Assembly (NCBI GenBank): GCA_951406725.2
Contig: OX597818.1
Coordinates: 143,096,001 to 143,160,000, forward strand
Source: Octopus vulgaris
Taxonomy: Eukaryota
Direction of reading: 5' to 3'
Length of the DNA: 64,000 bases
The notes beneath the pieces are model-generated. The model was not told the DNA's origin. It was given only the letters and a program-made list of their open reading frames with translations, and searched no databases. The translations under genes were made by a program, and so were the position numbers. The number at the start of each line of letters is the position of its first letter. The stretch's first letter is position 1. Positions 36,483 through 48,584 of the stretch are shown piece by piece.

Positions 36483-37680
36483 TACTTTTGTTTGCCAACA
36501 GATGCAAAAACTCTGAATTTTCTCCATCCTATTCTTATTCTAGCAATTACACTTTCTGTACATCCTCTCCTACTGCTAAATAGGTCTCTTAGGTAGCAGA
36601 AATTATCCACTACCACTAATGAGCCTCCAGGGTATTTGAAAAATCAGTTTCCCATGTACCTGTAGTTTTTATGGCTCCTGTGCATCTTCCACATGAAAAC
36701 ACTACTGATAACATCCCTTTTATTCCACTGCACCTCTTCTGTGGCCATAGCTTGCACTGAGCACACCATGTGGAATTCCTGCCTACACCTTTCCTATATA
36801 TTGAGCAAGGCCATTTACCTGACAGGTGAAAGGTCCTGTTCATTTTCCTGCTAACTAGAACCTTAGTCTTTACTAAGTTAATGTTACTTTTTTACTTGTA
36901 CTTGTGGTGACGTTCACCCTGGGCGGGTTGAGTCGGCTTTTTCCACCACCCTTGAGGTATCTCGAACCATGGCAGCCCATGCACGACGGTCCTGTGCCAG
37001 TTCACTGGAGATAGCGAACCAGTCACTTCTTCCATAAGTTAATGTTAAGGCCTTTTGATTCCAGGTTTTGCTTCAACACCTGAAATTTCTTTTCTAGTTT
37101 GGTTACAGAATCTGCTATAAGAGCATATAGCAGTTCCCAGGGGTAGCCAGTCTCGAATTCCTGTTATGGCCTAGAGGATGATGATGAATAGGAGGGGACT
37201 GAGAACCAAACCCTGATGAATGCCCATCTGTACACTTAATTTATTACTATATTCATGGGTGACTCTCATCTTACTGACAGAAGCTCTGTACATAGATTGT
37301 ACAGCTTTCACAAGCCACTTGTCTATCCCCAGCTTCATCAGAGCCCACCATATTGCACAATGGGTTCCTCTGTCAAAGGCTTTCTCCAAGTCAACAAATG
37401 CCAAGTACAATGGTTTGCCTGACTATAAAGATAGCATCAGTGGTGCTTCTCTCTGGCACAAAGCCAAACTGCTTTGCATCTAATTTGATTCTGTTCCTAA
37501 TTAATTGGGCTTTTTCCATAACTTTCATCATCTGGTCCAGCAATTTGATGATTCTATAATTACCTCTTTCTAAGACATCTCCCTTACTCTTGTACAACTG
37601 ACTATAATACTGCTAAACCAGTCATTGGGGTTGACAGCTTCCAGAATAACCTTATTAACTATATGGGTAACTAGACCATG
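35850..37680 (-). mobile_element. Decayed RTE-clade LINE (RT with internal Cys-rich segment, 3' UTR and (GAT)n tail)
   Basis: YKSKGDVLERGNYRIIKLL...QFGFVPERSTTDAIFIVRQ...LAFVDLEKAFDR...GIHQGLVLSPLLFIII...GKWPCSIYRKGVGRNSTWCAQCKLWPQKRCSGI...VDNFCYL...ARIRIGWRKFR. Confidence 0.9.
36887..37034 (-). mobile_element. Nested 3' end of a second RTE-type LINE with 13-bp TSD
   Basis: TSD taagttaatgtta (36874-36886 / 37035-37047). Encodes SELAQDRRAWAAMVRD and ends in a (CAAGTA)n tail. Confidence 0.8.
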
Positions 37681-38353
37681 TCCTACTCCACTAGGTATTT
37701 TATATTTTATATATTAAAATCCTTTGAATATAGATCACCAATTTTAGAATGTAAGGATGTTGAGGAAATTAGGAATATTCTAGTGATCAATTTTTTCAGA
37801 ACAAAGCAAAATATCTGTGAAGAAATTAAACTAGTTTTATACCACGAGGAAAATTACCAAACCCCTTGAAAAAAGACAAATGAGAAGAGATCTTCAACAA
37901 TAACTGTTTTAATTACTAATCAATATGTATTAATCTCTGGTCCACAGACGTGTGGTGTTCTCACTCTGCTTTTCTCTAGTAATTACAGTGGCTTTAATTC
38001 CTCAGAATTAGTTGATCTTGTACTACTGCCACTTCGGTACTTCACATTTACTTGCCTCTCTCCTTATCCCAAGAACCATACTAACCCCTCCTGCCAGCAC
38101 TTCCTTTTCAGAATGCAGTCTTCTGGAGTTCTCTCTCCCTGCCCATGTTTTTCACGTAGCTATCAACTTGAAATTTCATGAGCTTCTAACAGCATTTGAT
38201 GGCCATTAGCAAATCTTCTTTCTCAAGACAAACCCATTAAAAAAACATAATCAACATTTATATGAATTAGCATTCAAATCATACACAACCATTCCTCTTC
38301 AAGTTACCACATATTCCCTACATTCACCAAGGAGGTAATGAACTTGAACCTAC

Positions 38354-38504
38354 CGAATACCATTGTCAACATGCCTCACCCAGCCACTGTTTCCCAACAG
38401 TAATGTAACCTGAGGTCTTCGGTAGTCATTATTTGAAATGACCTCTTTCCTTGCCAGTCTTTTACATTGCAGACAATTTGAAATGGTTTCCCATAGTTCT
38501 GAAC
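38354..38504 (-). CDS. TRMT12: TRMT12/TYW2 internal exon (absent from ORF track)
   Basis: tttcag|...|gtaggt; (G)SELWETISNCLQCKRLARKEVISNNDYRRPQVTLLLGNSGWVRHVDNGI(R). 151 nt, phase 1 to 2. Confidence 0.93.
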
Positions 38505-38782
38505 CTGAAATATCAATATAGTTTAGTTAATTCATTTACAATTAGAAGTGATGATAAAATTGGTATGATACAAGGCTAGAAATACACAGGCTAAGAATTC
38601 AAATTCTGTTGTACAACATTGCATTGTTCCACTAAAATTTTTATTCATTGTAAAAAGACCAAATTCATATTCTCTATTCTTAAATTAAGCAATATAAGTA
38701 GGGTTTGGCTCCACACTTGAGAGACTTGCTTTGCAAGATAAAGAAACTAGACAATAAACTGAATAAAATCAAATTATCTTAC

Positions 38783-39150
38783 CAAATTGAGCCCAAATTT
38801 CATGTTTGAAAGAATTCTTTGGCAGCATAACTAGATCTTCATGCCACTCCCATTTTTTGGCAATATCAAGTTCTAATTCTTTGTTGAGAATATAACCATG
38901 ATCTGTCAAAAGTTTTTCCAATCCTTGAATAAGCAATTGATAAGGTGAGCGTAGTAATGAACGTTTTGATGGCATCATTTTGACCATTTTTAATTCAAAG
39001 TCACAGCCATCTCCAAGGCTGAAATAATCTGAGAGTGTCTTGTGCAGAAGTTCTTGGTCTACAGAAAGAAGTGGAATAGCAACTCGATCTGACTCTAGAT
39101 GCTTCAAGCGAAATTTGGCATCAATCAGACATTTGTTCTCCAAAAACTGC
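38783..39150 (-). CDS. TRMT12: TRMT12/TYW2 N-terminal-region exon (an upstream exon with the start codon is still required)
   Basis: tttcag|GCAGTTT...TTTG|gtaag; QFLENKCLIDAKFRLKHLESDRVAIPLL...DIAKKWEWHEDLVMLPKNSFKHEIWAQF. 368 nt, phase 2 to 1. Confidence 0.9.
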
Positions 39151-40685
39151 CTGAAATTATGGAGAGAAAAAAATTAAGCTAATGAATTTAAAAAAAAATA
39201 TTTATATTAACACAATTATTACACGCAAGAGGAAAGTAATGGTGCATTTTCAATTTAAATGAAACCAGAACACACTTGGTATTTATTTTAATAATACCAA
39301 GGGGCCAACTGTGACAATGTATAGGTGAAAAATTCCAGATGCAATATAAAACATTATTATCTATTCTATATCACATAAATTTATAAATAAAAAAACAAGT
39401 CATGATCAACTTGCTTGAAATAGCTACCATATCTTCCTCAGATCACACCCTATTCATTATCATAATAATCATCACCATTTATAACTGGAATTTATAACTG
39501 GGATGGTTATACTTATTAGATGAATACTTCTAAAGCACAATTTTCTAATTTTGTGAGGTTGAATCAGTATTAAGGTATTTGTTATACTATTTCAGGAGAT
39601 TGTCCCTTTGCCTAATGAACTGCATCTGTTTCCTTTCCTGTAAATGGGACACACAGTAACAGCTTTGAAGATAAATAGAATTACAAGCAGTAACGAAAAT
39701 ATAGTTAATTAAATTTCAAGTTTTGATTATACAACGATAGTCCCACCCATGTCCACATGGAAGGTGGACGTCAAACAATGATGATAATATGGAAAATATT
39801 TCGTGAAGCACAAGGTGCAAATGTAGGGGGAATAACTCCAACATTACTTAAGTCGGAGTTATGACTCCTTCGCTAGAAAATGTTGAGCTTTTGTGGTGTG
39901 ATTTGACGGGTGAAATAGACCAGTTCACAAAAAGAAATTCGTGTGTCTCTCGATATCCAAGCAGATCGGAGGGGGAATAAATTTGAGTGTCTGTTTCTGT
40001 AGCAGAGGAAGTATGTTGATGTTAAGTCTACTAAACTCTTTTTCTCGTTATTTTCTTGAAAATATCCGCTAGAAGACATCATTTTATAATATGAAACTCA
40101 ACAGAAAAATAAATTTCGCATTATGGTAAGTTTCTCAGGAATGCATCCCTTCTGAAATGTGGAGGGTTTACATGGCACAAGGCTACCTCCTCCAATGCCA
40201 CGCCACAAAGGATCTTTGTCTTGCGAGTAATTTGGTGACCCCACCAATGCTGATGTAACATAAAAAGCATGCATCCAGTCCACACAGGCGATTGGAAGGG
40301 CATTTAGCTGTAAAAACAGTACCAAACAGACCTCACCAGTGCTGGTGCCACGTAAAATGCACTGATCTTTATGTAAGGTGGTTGGTATTAGGAAGGGCAT
40401 CCAACAAATAAAAATAAAAACCATCCTAAAACAGTGTAGACTGGTGCAGTCTTCTAGCTTGCCAACTCCTGTTAAACTGAACAACCCATACCAGCATGGA
40501 AAACAGACGTTACATGATGATGAAGCAGAGCACACAGAGCTGAGTGCTTGCACAACAACTGATAGATTCCTCAGAGCACTTCTGTACTTCTTTTTAATGG
40601 TTCTGAGGAAGCTATAAAATGCTGCACAAACACTTGGCTCTGAGTACACTGCTTCTTCTAGCAGAAACAGATATACCCTAATGAA

Positions 40686-40878
40686 GTTACTCTTTTACTC
40701 TTTTATTTGTTTCAGTCATTTGACTGCAGCCATGCTGGAGCACCACCTTTTTAATCGAGCAACTCGACCCCAGTACTTATTCTATCGGTCTCTTTTGCCG
40801 AACCGCTAAGTAACGGGGACATAAACACACCAGCATCGGTTGTCAAGCAATGATAGGGGGACAAACACAGACATACAA

Positions 40879-40915
<37 letters not shown>

Positions 40916-41087
40916 CATACATATATACGACAGGCTTCTTTCAGTTTCCGTCTACCAAATCCACTCACAAGGCATTGGTCGGCCCGGGGCTATAGCAGAA
41001 GACACTTGCCCAAGATGCCACGCAGTGGGACTGAACTCGGAACCATGGGGTTGGTTAGCAAGCTACTTACCACACAGCCACTCCTAT
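40686..41087 (-). mobile_element. tRNA-derived SINE (same family as 42011)
   Basis: Reverse match to 42011-42421, including the internal (TA)/(CA) tract and gagtaaaa tail. Confidence 0.88.
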
Positions 41088-42010
41088 GTATTTTGTATAA
41101 TACGCTGTACTTGCCTAAGGCTTTATTGTAAAGCATGTGTATCTTCAGTTCTAACACCAGGTTATTAGTATTGCTATGCCTACGGGAAATCATAATATGT
41201 ATGTGTATATGTGTGTATACATTCTATATACACATAAATATCATATATGCATCTATCTATCTATCTATATGTGTGTGTATGTATGTGTTGGGGATGGGGT
41301 GGGGCTGTATGGTTAAGAAGCTCACTTTACAATCACATGGTTTCGGGTCCAGTACAATGTGCAGCACCTTGGACAAATAACTTCTATTATAGCCCTGGAC
41401 AGACCAATACTTTGTGAGTGAATTTGGTAGACAGAAACAGTGTGAAAGACTTACATATCTTTCTCTCCTCTTTGTGCGTGTGTGTGTGTGTGTGTGTATC
41501 TTTGTGTTTCTGTTTGTCCCCTCTCCTATCATCTGACAACCAGTGTTAGTTACTTTATGAGCCTGTAACTTAGCAGTTCAGAAAAGAAACTAATAGAATA
41601 AGTATGAGGGAGAATTGACTGCTATCTCTAGCAGCTGACTGTTGGATTGTAAAGTTTTATTGTATTTGAGTATTGTGAATGAATCTTGGAATCTGTTATT
41701 CCATTGATAGGCTTTTATATGCTGAGGCTTTTATGCATTAATTATACATTAATCAATAATCACATTGCTTCTTTCCAGGTAAACTGACATCTCACTGCTC
41801 AAAGAAGACTTCAAGAAAGACTTTAAAAAATAAGTCCTGGGATCAATATGTTTGACTAAATCCTTTAAGGTGCTGACCGAACATGGTCACATTTCAATGA
41901 CTGAAACAAGTACTAAATACAGTCCTCTATGTCAATAGAGGTCTGTATTTTAATACTGAAGTCTACTTTTTTGCTACACATGTGATTTGTCAGTGTATAT
42001 ATACATATAT

Positions 42011-42421
42011 AGGCGCAGGAGTGGCTGTGTGGTAAGTAGCTTGCTAATCAACCACATGGTTCCAGGTTCAGTCCCACTGCGTGGCATCTTGGGCAAGTGG
42101 CTTCTGCTATAGCCCCGGGCCGACCAATGCCTTGTGAGTGGATTTGGTAGACGGAAACTGAAAGAAGCCTGTCGTATATATGTATATATATATATGTGTA
42201 TGTATGTGTGTTTGTGTGTCTGTGTTTGTCCCTCTAGCATTGCTTGACAACCGATGCTGATGTGTTTACATCCCCGTCACTTAGTGGTTCGGCAAAAGAG
42301 ACCGATAGAATAAGTACTGGACTTACAAAGAATAAGTCCCGGGGTCAATTTGCTCGACTAAAGGCGGTGCTCCAGCATGGCCACAGTCAAATGACTGAAA
42401 CAAGTAAAAGAGTAAAAGAGT
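42011..42421 (+). mobile_element. Full-length tRNA-derived SINE
   Basis: A-box tggctgtgtggtaag, B-box ggttcagtccc, ttgggcaagtg core, internal microsatellite and (gagtaaaa)n tail. Confidence 0.9.
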
Positions 42422-42968
42422 ATATATATAGAAATACATATAAATGATAAGCAAATTAGGCAGATCAAAATTATAAAGTATTTTAAAAATTTGGAATACA
42501 AAAAATGTACATTTGTTTTTGTATGATTCCTTATTTGAATACTTCCCTAATCCCCCCCCCCCCACCTAATACACTTAGCTCTCCTCAAAATCATTCCATC
42601 TTTGATCTTCTTTCCTTCAACACCTTAAATGTAAGATTTCTTCCCTGATGATGGAGGCTTGCCTAATCCTACGATGGAATCAATCTACAAACATTATTTT
42701 GGACCACTGAGCCCCCAAATTATTGGATTTGTAATACACTTCTTCAAGCTCTTTAGTTCTCTATATCATTTGTATTCTGGGTAAGTTGACCCATTTTGGA
42801 CATTAACGTATATACATTTTTTTATATTCTATGTTTTTAATAAACCTCATATATTGATCTGCCTAACTTGTTTCTCTCTACATTTACTTCTATACCCGCT
42901 CAAGTTTAAATCTCTTGAGCACTACAAAAAGTGTATTCTACATGGAGAATATCTGATTCTTATCTATG

Positions 42969-43006
<38 letters not shown>

Positions 43007-43141
43007 TCATCATCATCATCATCGTTTAGCGTCCGTTCTCCATGCTAGCATGGGTTGGACGGATATATATATATATATATATGCATACATATATATGTAT
43101 GTGTATGTAAATATGTATATATATATATGTATACATGTATA

Positions 43142-43198
<57 letters not shown>

Positions 43199-43219
43199 AT
43201 ACATAAACATATATGCATT

Positions 43220-43335
43220 ATTTAAATTTGATGGATATCTGTCCTCATCTTGTTTGTTGTTAACACAACATTTCGACTGATATACCATCCAGCCTTCATC
43301 AGGTGTCTTGGGGAAATTTCAAACCTGAGTTCTCA
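43220..43335 (-). mobile_element. Penelope-like fragment with degenerate minimal hammerhead core
   Basis: Minus strand cCTGATGAaggctggatggtatatcagtcGAAAtgttg. Confidence 0.55.
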
Positions 43336-43556
43336 GTAACACCGTTTACAAACTCTATGCGTGGAATGGCCAATTTTAAATACTATTGGAACTTACTCAC
43401 AAGGTACAAGAATCTGATATGTATACCATTCTGCCTAAATAATGGCACTGCAGATACAATATCCCTACATATCTCACATCTATTTTCATTCCTCCACTTC
43501 ACTCTCTATTCCATATCTTATGTAGAATGACTATTGCTTAACCATTTTCTCACGCC

Positions 43557-43604
43557 GTCTCCGATGAAGGGATATATAAAATATCCTCGAAACAGCTGTA
43601 AGGC
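43557..43604 (+). ncRNA. Minimal type I hammerhead motif (Penelope-like), core variant CCGATGA
   Basis: gtct-CCGATGA-agggatat-ataaa-atatcctc-GAAA-cagctg-TA-aggc; same palindromic stem III as 33274. Confidence 0.6.
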
Positions 43605-43687
43605 CTTCTCTTTATAAATGTTCTGAAATCTTTCACAATCTTGGATTTTTATCTCATTCTGTTAGTTATTTTGTATACATATATATA

Positions 43688-44090
43688 TTCTCTTTTTTAC
43701 TTGTTTCAGTCATTTGACTGCGGCCATGCTGGAGCACCGCCTTTAGTCAAGCAAATCGACCCCAGGACTTATTCTTTGTAAGCCTAGTACTTATTCTATC
43801 GGTCTCTTTTGCCGAACCGCCAAGTGACGGGGACGTAAACACACCAGCATCGGTTGTCAAGCAATGCTAGGGGAACAAACACAGAAACACGAACATACAC
43901 ACACATACATATATATATATACATATATACGACAGGCTTCTTTCAGTTTCCGTCTACCAAATCCACTCACAAGGCATTGGTCGGCCCGGAGCTATAGCAG
44001 AAGACACTTGCCCAAGATGACACGCAGTGGGACTGAACCCGGAACCATGTGGTTGGTAAGCAAGCTACTTACCACACAGCCACTCCTACG

Positions 44091-44093
<3 letters not shown>
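43688..44093 (-). mobile_element. Full-length tRNA-derived SINE (same family as 42011)
   Basis: Reverse match to 42011-42421. Confidence 0.9.
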
Positions 44094-44131
<38 letters not shown>

Positions 44132-44238
44132 TTAAAATAAGGGTGAGAAATTAGATATTAACTTAATTAACATCGATTTCACAGCAGTGGTCCAGCATAA
44201 AAAAACTGAAGGTTCAGTAAAACTGTATTATATATACA

Positions 44239-44446
44239 TTAGAGGGAAACCACCATGTGGACACCCATATGCTAGAAATAGATCCGCTACGGTCTCACCA
44301 CCAAGAAATGTTCTCAAGAAAAATTTAGCAAAACAGATTACATTTTTGTTGTTTTGCTAAATTTTTCTTGAGAACATTTCTTGGTGGTGAGACCGTAGCG
44401 GATCTATTTCTAGCATGTGGGTGTCCACATGGTGGTTTCCCTCTAA
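44239..44446. repeat. Near-perfect inverted repeat: 97-bp arms, 14-nt spacer, 1 mismatch
   Basis: 44239-44335 is the reverse complement of 44350-44446. Confidence 0.95.
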
Positions 44447-44552
44447 CATATATATATATATACACATGTATGTATAAATATATATATATATATATACACA
44501 CACATGTATGTATAAATATATATATATATATATACACACATGTATGTATAAA

Positions 44553-44587
<35 letters not shown>

Positions 44588-44667
44588 TGTATGTATGTAT
44601 ATATATATATATATATACACACATGTATGTATGTATATATATATATATATATATACACACATGTATG

Positions 44668-44706
<39 letters not shown>

Positions 44707-44711
44707 GTATG

Positions 44712-44761
<50 letters not shown>

Positions 44762-44848
44762 TGTATGTATGTATGTATGTATGTATGTATATATATATAT
44801 ATATACACACACATGTATGTATGTATATATATATATATACACACAATG

Positions 44849-44881
<33 letters not shown>

Positions 44882-44884
44882 GTG

Positions 44885-44949
<65 letters not shown>

Positions 44950-44985
44950 ATATGTATACACATACACACAAATGTATATATAACA
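44447..44985. repeat. Compound (TA)n/(CA)n/(TATG)n/(TG)n microsatellite
   Basis: Direct inspection; source of the YIYI ORFs. Confidence 0.97.
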
Positions 44986-45515
44986 TCATTGCTTTAACAT
45001 TCCCATGTCCATGCTTGCATGCATCATGCAATACAAGCATGGAAGACTTCCATCCAAAACTCAAGAGTCTCTCAGTAGCAGCTGACAAACAGTAGTTGTA
45101 AATATGAATTATATCTGATGCTGACAGGAAACTCCAAATCCTGGACAGAAGTGTTCCATGCTTCTTTTATATAAATACATACATGTTTATGTGTGTGTGT
45201 GTGCTTAAATATTAATGTCTTTTCTTACTTTAAAAAATATCTTTTATACACAAAATACATACATGATTAGAACTGAGATAAAAGTAAAATGTCAGTAGTG
45301 TGATAAACACCTCATCTTTTCACTCAGACACACATATACATCATCTATTGTTTGACTGCCTTCTACTTCAATACCATTTCATTATTGTAACAATGGACTA
45401 ACTCCCAAGCTAATTATCATTTGTGGATCGTCTGATCTAGTTATCTGTCAACATTGTCAATAGTATTTCAATACTATATTTCACATAGCTAGTGATCTGT
45501 TCAATATAAGATATG

Positions 45516-45905
45516 GGAAGCACTCCGTCGGTTACGACGATGAGGGTTCCGGTTGATCCGAATCAACGGAACAGCCTGCTCGTGAAATTAACGTGTAAGT
45601 GGCTGAGCACTCCACAGACACGTGTACCCTTAACGTAGTTCTCGAGGGATATTCAGCGTGACACAGAGAGAGTGACAAGGCCGGCCCCTTTGAAATACAG
45701 GTACAACAGAAACAGGAAGTAAGAGTGAGAGAAAGTTGTGGTGAAAGAGTACAGCAGGGATCACCACCATCCCCTGCCGGAACCTCGTAGAGCTTTTAGG
45801 TGTTTTTCGCTCAATAAACACTCATAACGCCCGGTCTGGGAATCGAAACCGTGATCCTATGACTGCGAGTCCGCTGCCCTAACCACTGGGCCATTGCGCC
45901 TCCAC
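45516..45905 (-). mobile_element. Intact tRNA-derived SINE with 14-bp TSD
   Basis: Minus-strand head ggaggcgcaatggcccagtggttagggcagcggactcg...ggtttcgattccc. TSD caatataagatatg at 45502-45515 and 45906-45919. Confidence 0.92.
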
Positions 45906-48546
45906 CAATATAAGATATGCTCATTCAGTGATTTGCCAACATAGTCTGCAGTAATTCACTACTGCCTGTATATACTGAGCCAGTTAACGGTCCAAGTAAA
46001 TTATATACTCATACTGGTGGATGCCAACATATGACACAATCAGTAGAGAACCAAACAAAATACCTTGTAGTGTTCATTTACATCTCTTTATTTTAGCCTT
46101 CATTTTTCCACAGTCAACGAAATAAGTATCTGCCAAATATTAAGGAGTCAATTTGTCTGGCTACAGACCTTAACCCTTTAGCATTCAGGTTGCTCTGTTA
46201 AATGTAATGCTTATTTATTCACATTGTTTTGAATTTATCATCCACTACTTTGTAGCTTTAAGATTTCAATGATGTTAATATTTACTTTTAGAATGATGTT
46301 GCAGGGCAGGTGTGAAAGGCCTGATCCAGTCAGTTTGAACATAAAACAGGTAGAATATCTGGGCCTGATATGGCTTGTTTGAGTATTAAAAGGTTAAACT
46401 TTGTGGTGGCCTTACATATTATATAAGAAATTCCTATTAGTGTGCTTAACACAAAGTAAAAAGTAGAATGGTAGAAACCCTAATGTCACAGACTAAATGT
46501 ATTCTAGTATTTAGTTGTGACCCTTTAGTTTCAAAACCCACCAAGAAACTCTGATGGCCTTTCATGCTTTCAGCATTGATAAAAGAAAAAGCACCAAGTA
46601 TATACTGTAAGGGTCACATACAAATAACCATATCTCTTCCCAACAAATTTGGGATTCTTGTTGTTGTTGTTTAATCTCAGGTCAGTTCTGATTGTACAGA
46701 CTTATGATCAAAAGTATTCCAACTGTGACCATCCCATATTTTTATGTACCAAGAAGCTGAATTTTCCTATGTGCTGTGTTTTCTTTTGAGATAGTAATGT
46801 GTGATTTGAGGAAGAACTGATTACTGGCTTGTTAAGTTTTTATTGAATGAGTCTTGGAATCTGTTATTCCATTAATTCCATTGACAGGTTCCTCTAAGGC
46901 TTTTATTCATGATGCGTTTCTTTTTCACTTCTATTTTCCATACAGACAGACTCTCTTTGTATTAACCAATGTGGCATTCCCTTTTTTTTTGTTCACCAAA
47001 TATGGTGCAGTATGGAGATTTGAGGGAGATTTGGCTGCTAAAATACATATTATTTGTGACAATGATTTTCAAATTGCTCCAACAGTATAAAACAGAAGTG
47101 AAATGGCTTCCCAGGACTCAAAATTAACTTTTAGAATGGTTTACTAGTTGAACAGCGATGACCTTATTATAATGAAATAATGAGTTTAGTTTAAGGTGGT
47201 GAATTGGTTTAAGTATTAGAATAACTGCTTTGTGGGTATACGTTGTCACTGTGTGATCTGAGTTCAGAATCCCACCAACTTTGCTTTTCACCCTTTCAGG
47301 GTTGATAAATGAAGTACCAGTGCAGGCCGGTAGATTAGTGTAACTGTTAGACGATCACCAAGGTGTCTTGTGGTATCTATTCCAGTTTTGTACATTCTGA
47401 GTTCAAACACCTACCTAAACCATTATTGCAGAGAGGTCACCTCTTGTGGTTGTACTAATAAAACCAAAAGAAGGTAACTGAACTCAAAAGAAATAGTGTC
47501 CTAATTAAGTAGGAACGAACTAAGGACACAAACTGATGATGATGTCAGTGGATTTATCTGCAATTAAAGTGAAGTCTATTTGCCAATGTGCTGCAGCATA
47601 GCACATGTGAAAGAAAATTAAATTATGAATTTAAAGCAGCTCTAGCAATGTAAACATTATTGGTCCTGCATACATAGTGTATGTGGTTTGTTTATGTGCC
47701 AAATTTGTTGCAGATATAGCGTCTGGGGAAATCTCCTCGAATGACACTGAGCGTTAAAGAACACCTGTTGACAGATCACAGCCTCTAGTAAAATGGCAAA
47801 ATTATATATTTATACGTAGGGCAGATGGTCTAGTGGTTAGGATGTTGTACTCACAATCGCGATCACATAGTTTCAGTTCCTAGACCAGATGGTGTGTTGT
47901 GTTCTTGAGCAAAACACATCATCCCACATTGCTCTGCGATCAGTTTGACACCTGACGCATGACACACAGTGCACCTGTTCAGACAACATCAATTTGATGG
48001 AGGAAGTGAGCTAATGTGTGGCATGAACATTCGATGACTATAAACAAATCATTGGTGCAGGTCATTCAGCAAGCTGAACATTCAAGTGTTGCCTTCAACA
48101 GGAGTGTTCTGTCCTTACCTTCGAAACACACTTTGAGTCGAACCAGGGACAGCTGATGAAGGGGAATTTTCCTTGTATTGTTTGTCCTGTACTCTGTTTT
48201 TTCGTTGTTTAAAAAAAGTCCGTTTCCTTGTTTGATTTTATGTTCTCGTCTCTCGTTGTGTTCTACGTTTATTTGTGGTGTCCTGTACTCATACATATAT
48301 ATGTATGCATGTATATATACATGTAGATGTAAGTATGTACATATATGTATGTATATATGCATATATTTTATTTATTTATTATATTACTATATGACCGAAC
48401 GCACGCGTTATTTCTCTATTTCTCTTCTCCAAGTTTTTATTTATATATATATATATACATACATACACACACAGACATATATATATATATCATCATCATC
48501 ATCATCGTTTAGCGTCCGTTTTAAACGACGATGATGATGATGATGA

Positions 48547-48584
<38 letters not shown>

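Noticed and set aside
40098-40649. 183-aa ORF upstream of TRMT12
   Set aside because: Overlaps a decayed RTE/SINE tail; no homology or usable splice signals recognised.
44325-45095. Long ORFs of 130-243 aa
   Set aside because: Translations of (TA)/(CA) microsatellite.
45830-45905. tRNA gene
   Set aside because: tRNA-like head continues into a SINE body and is flanked by a 14-bp TSD; acceptor stem imperfect.
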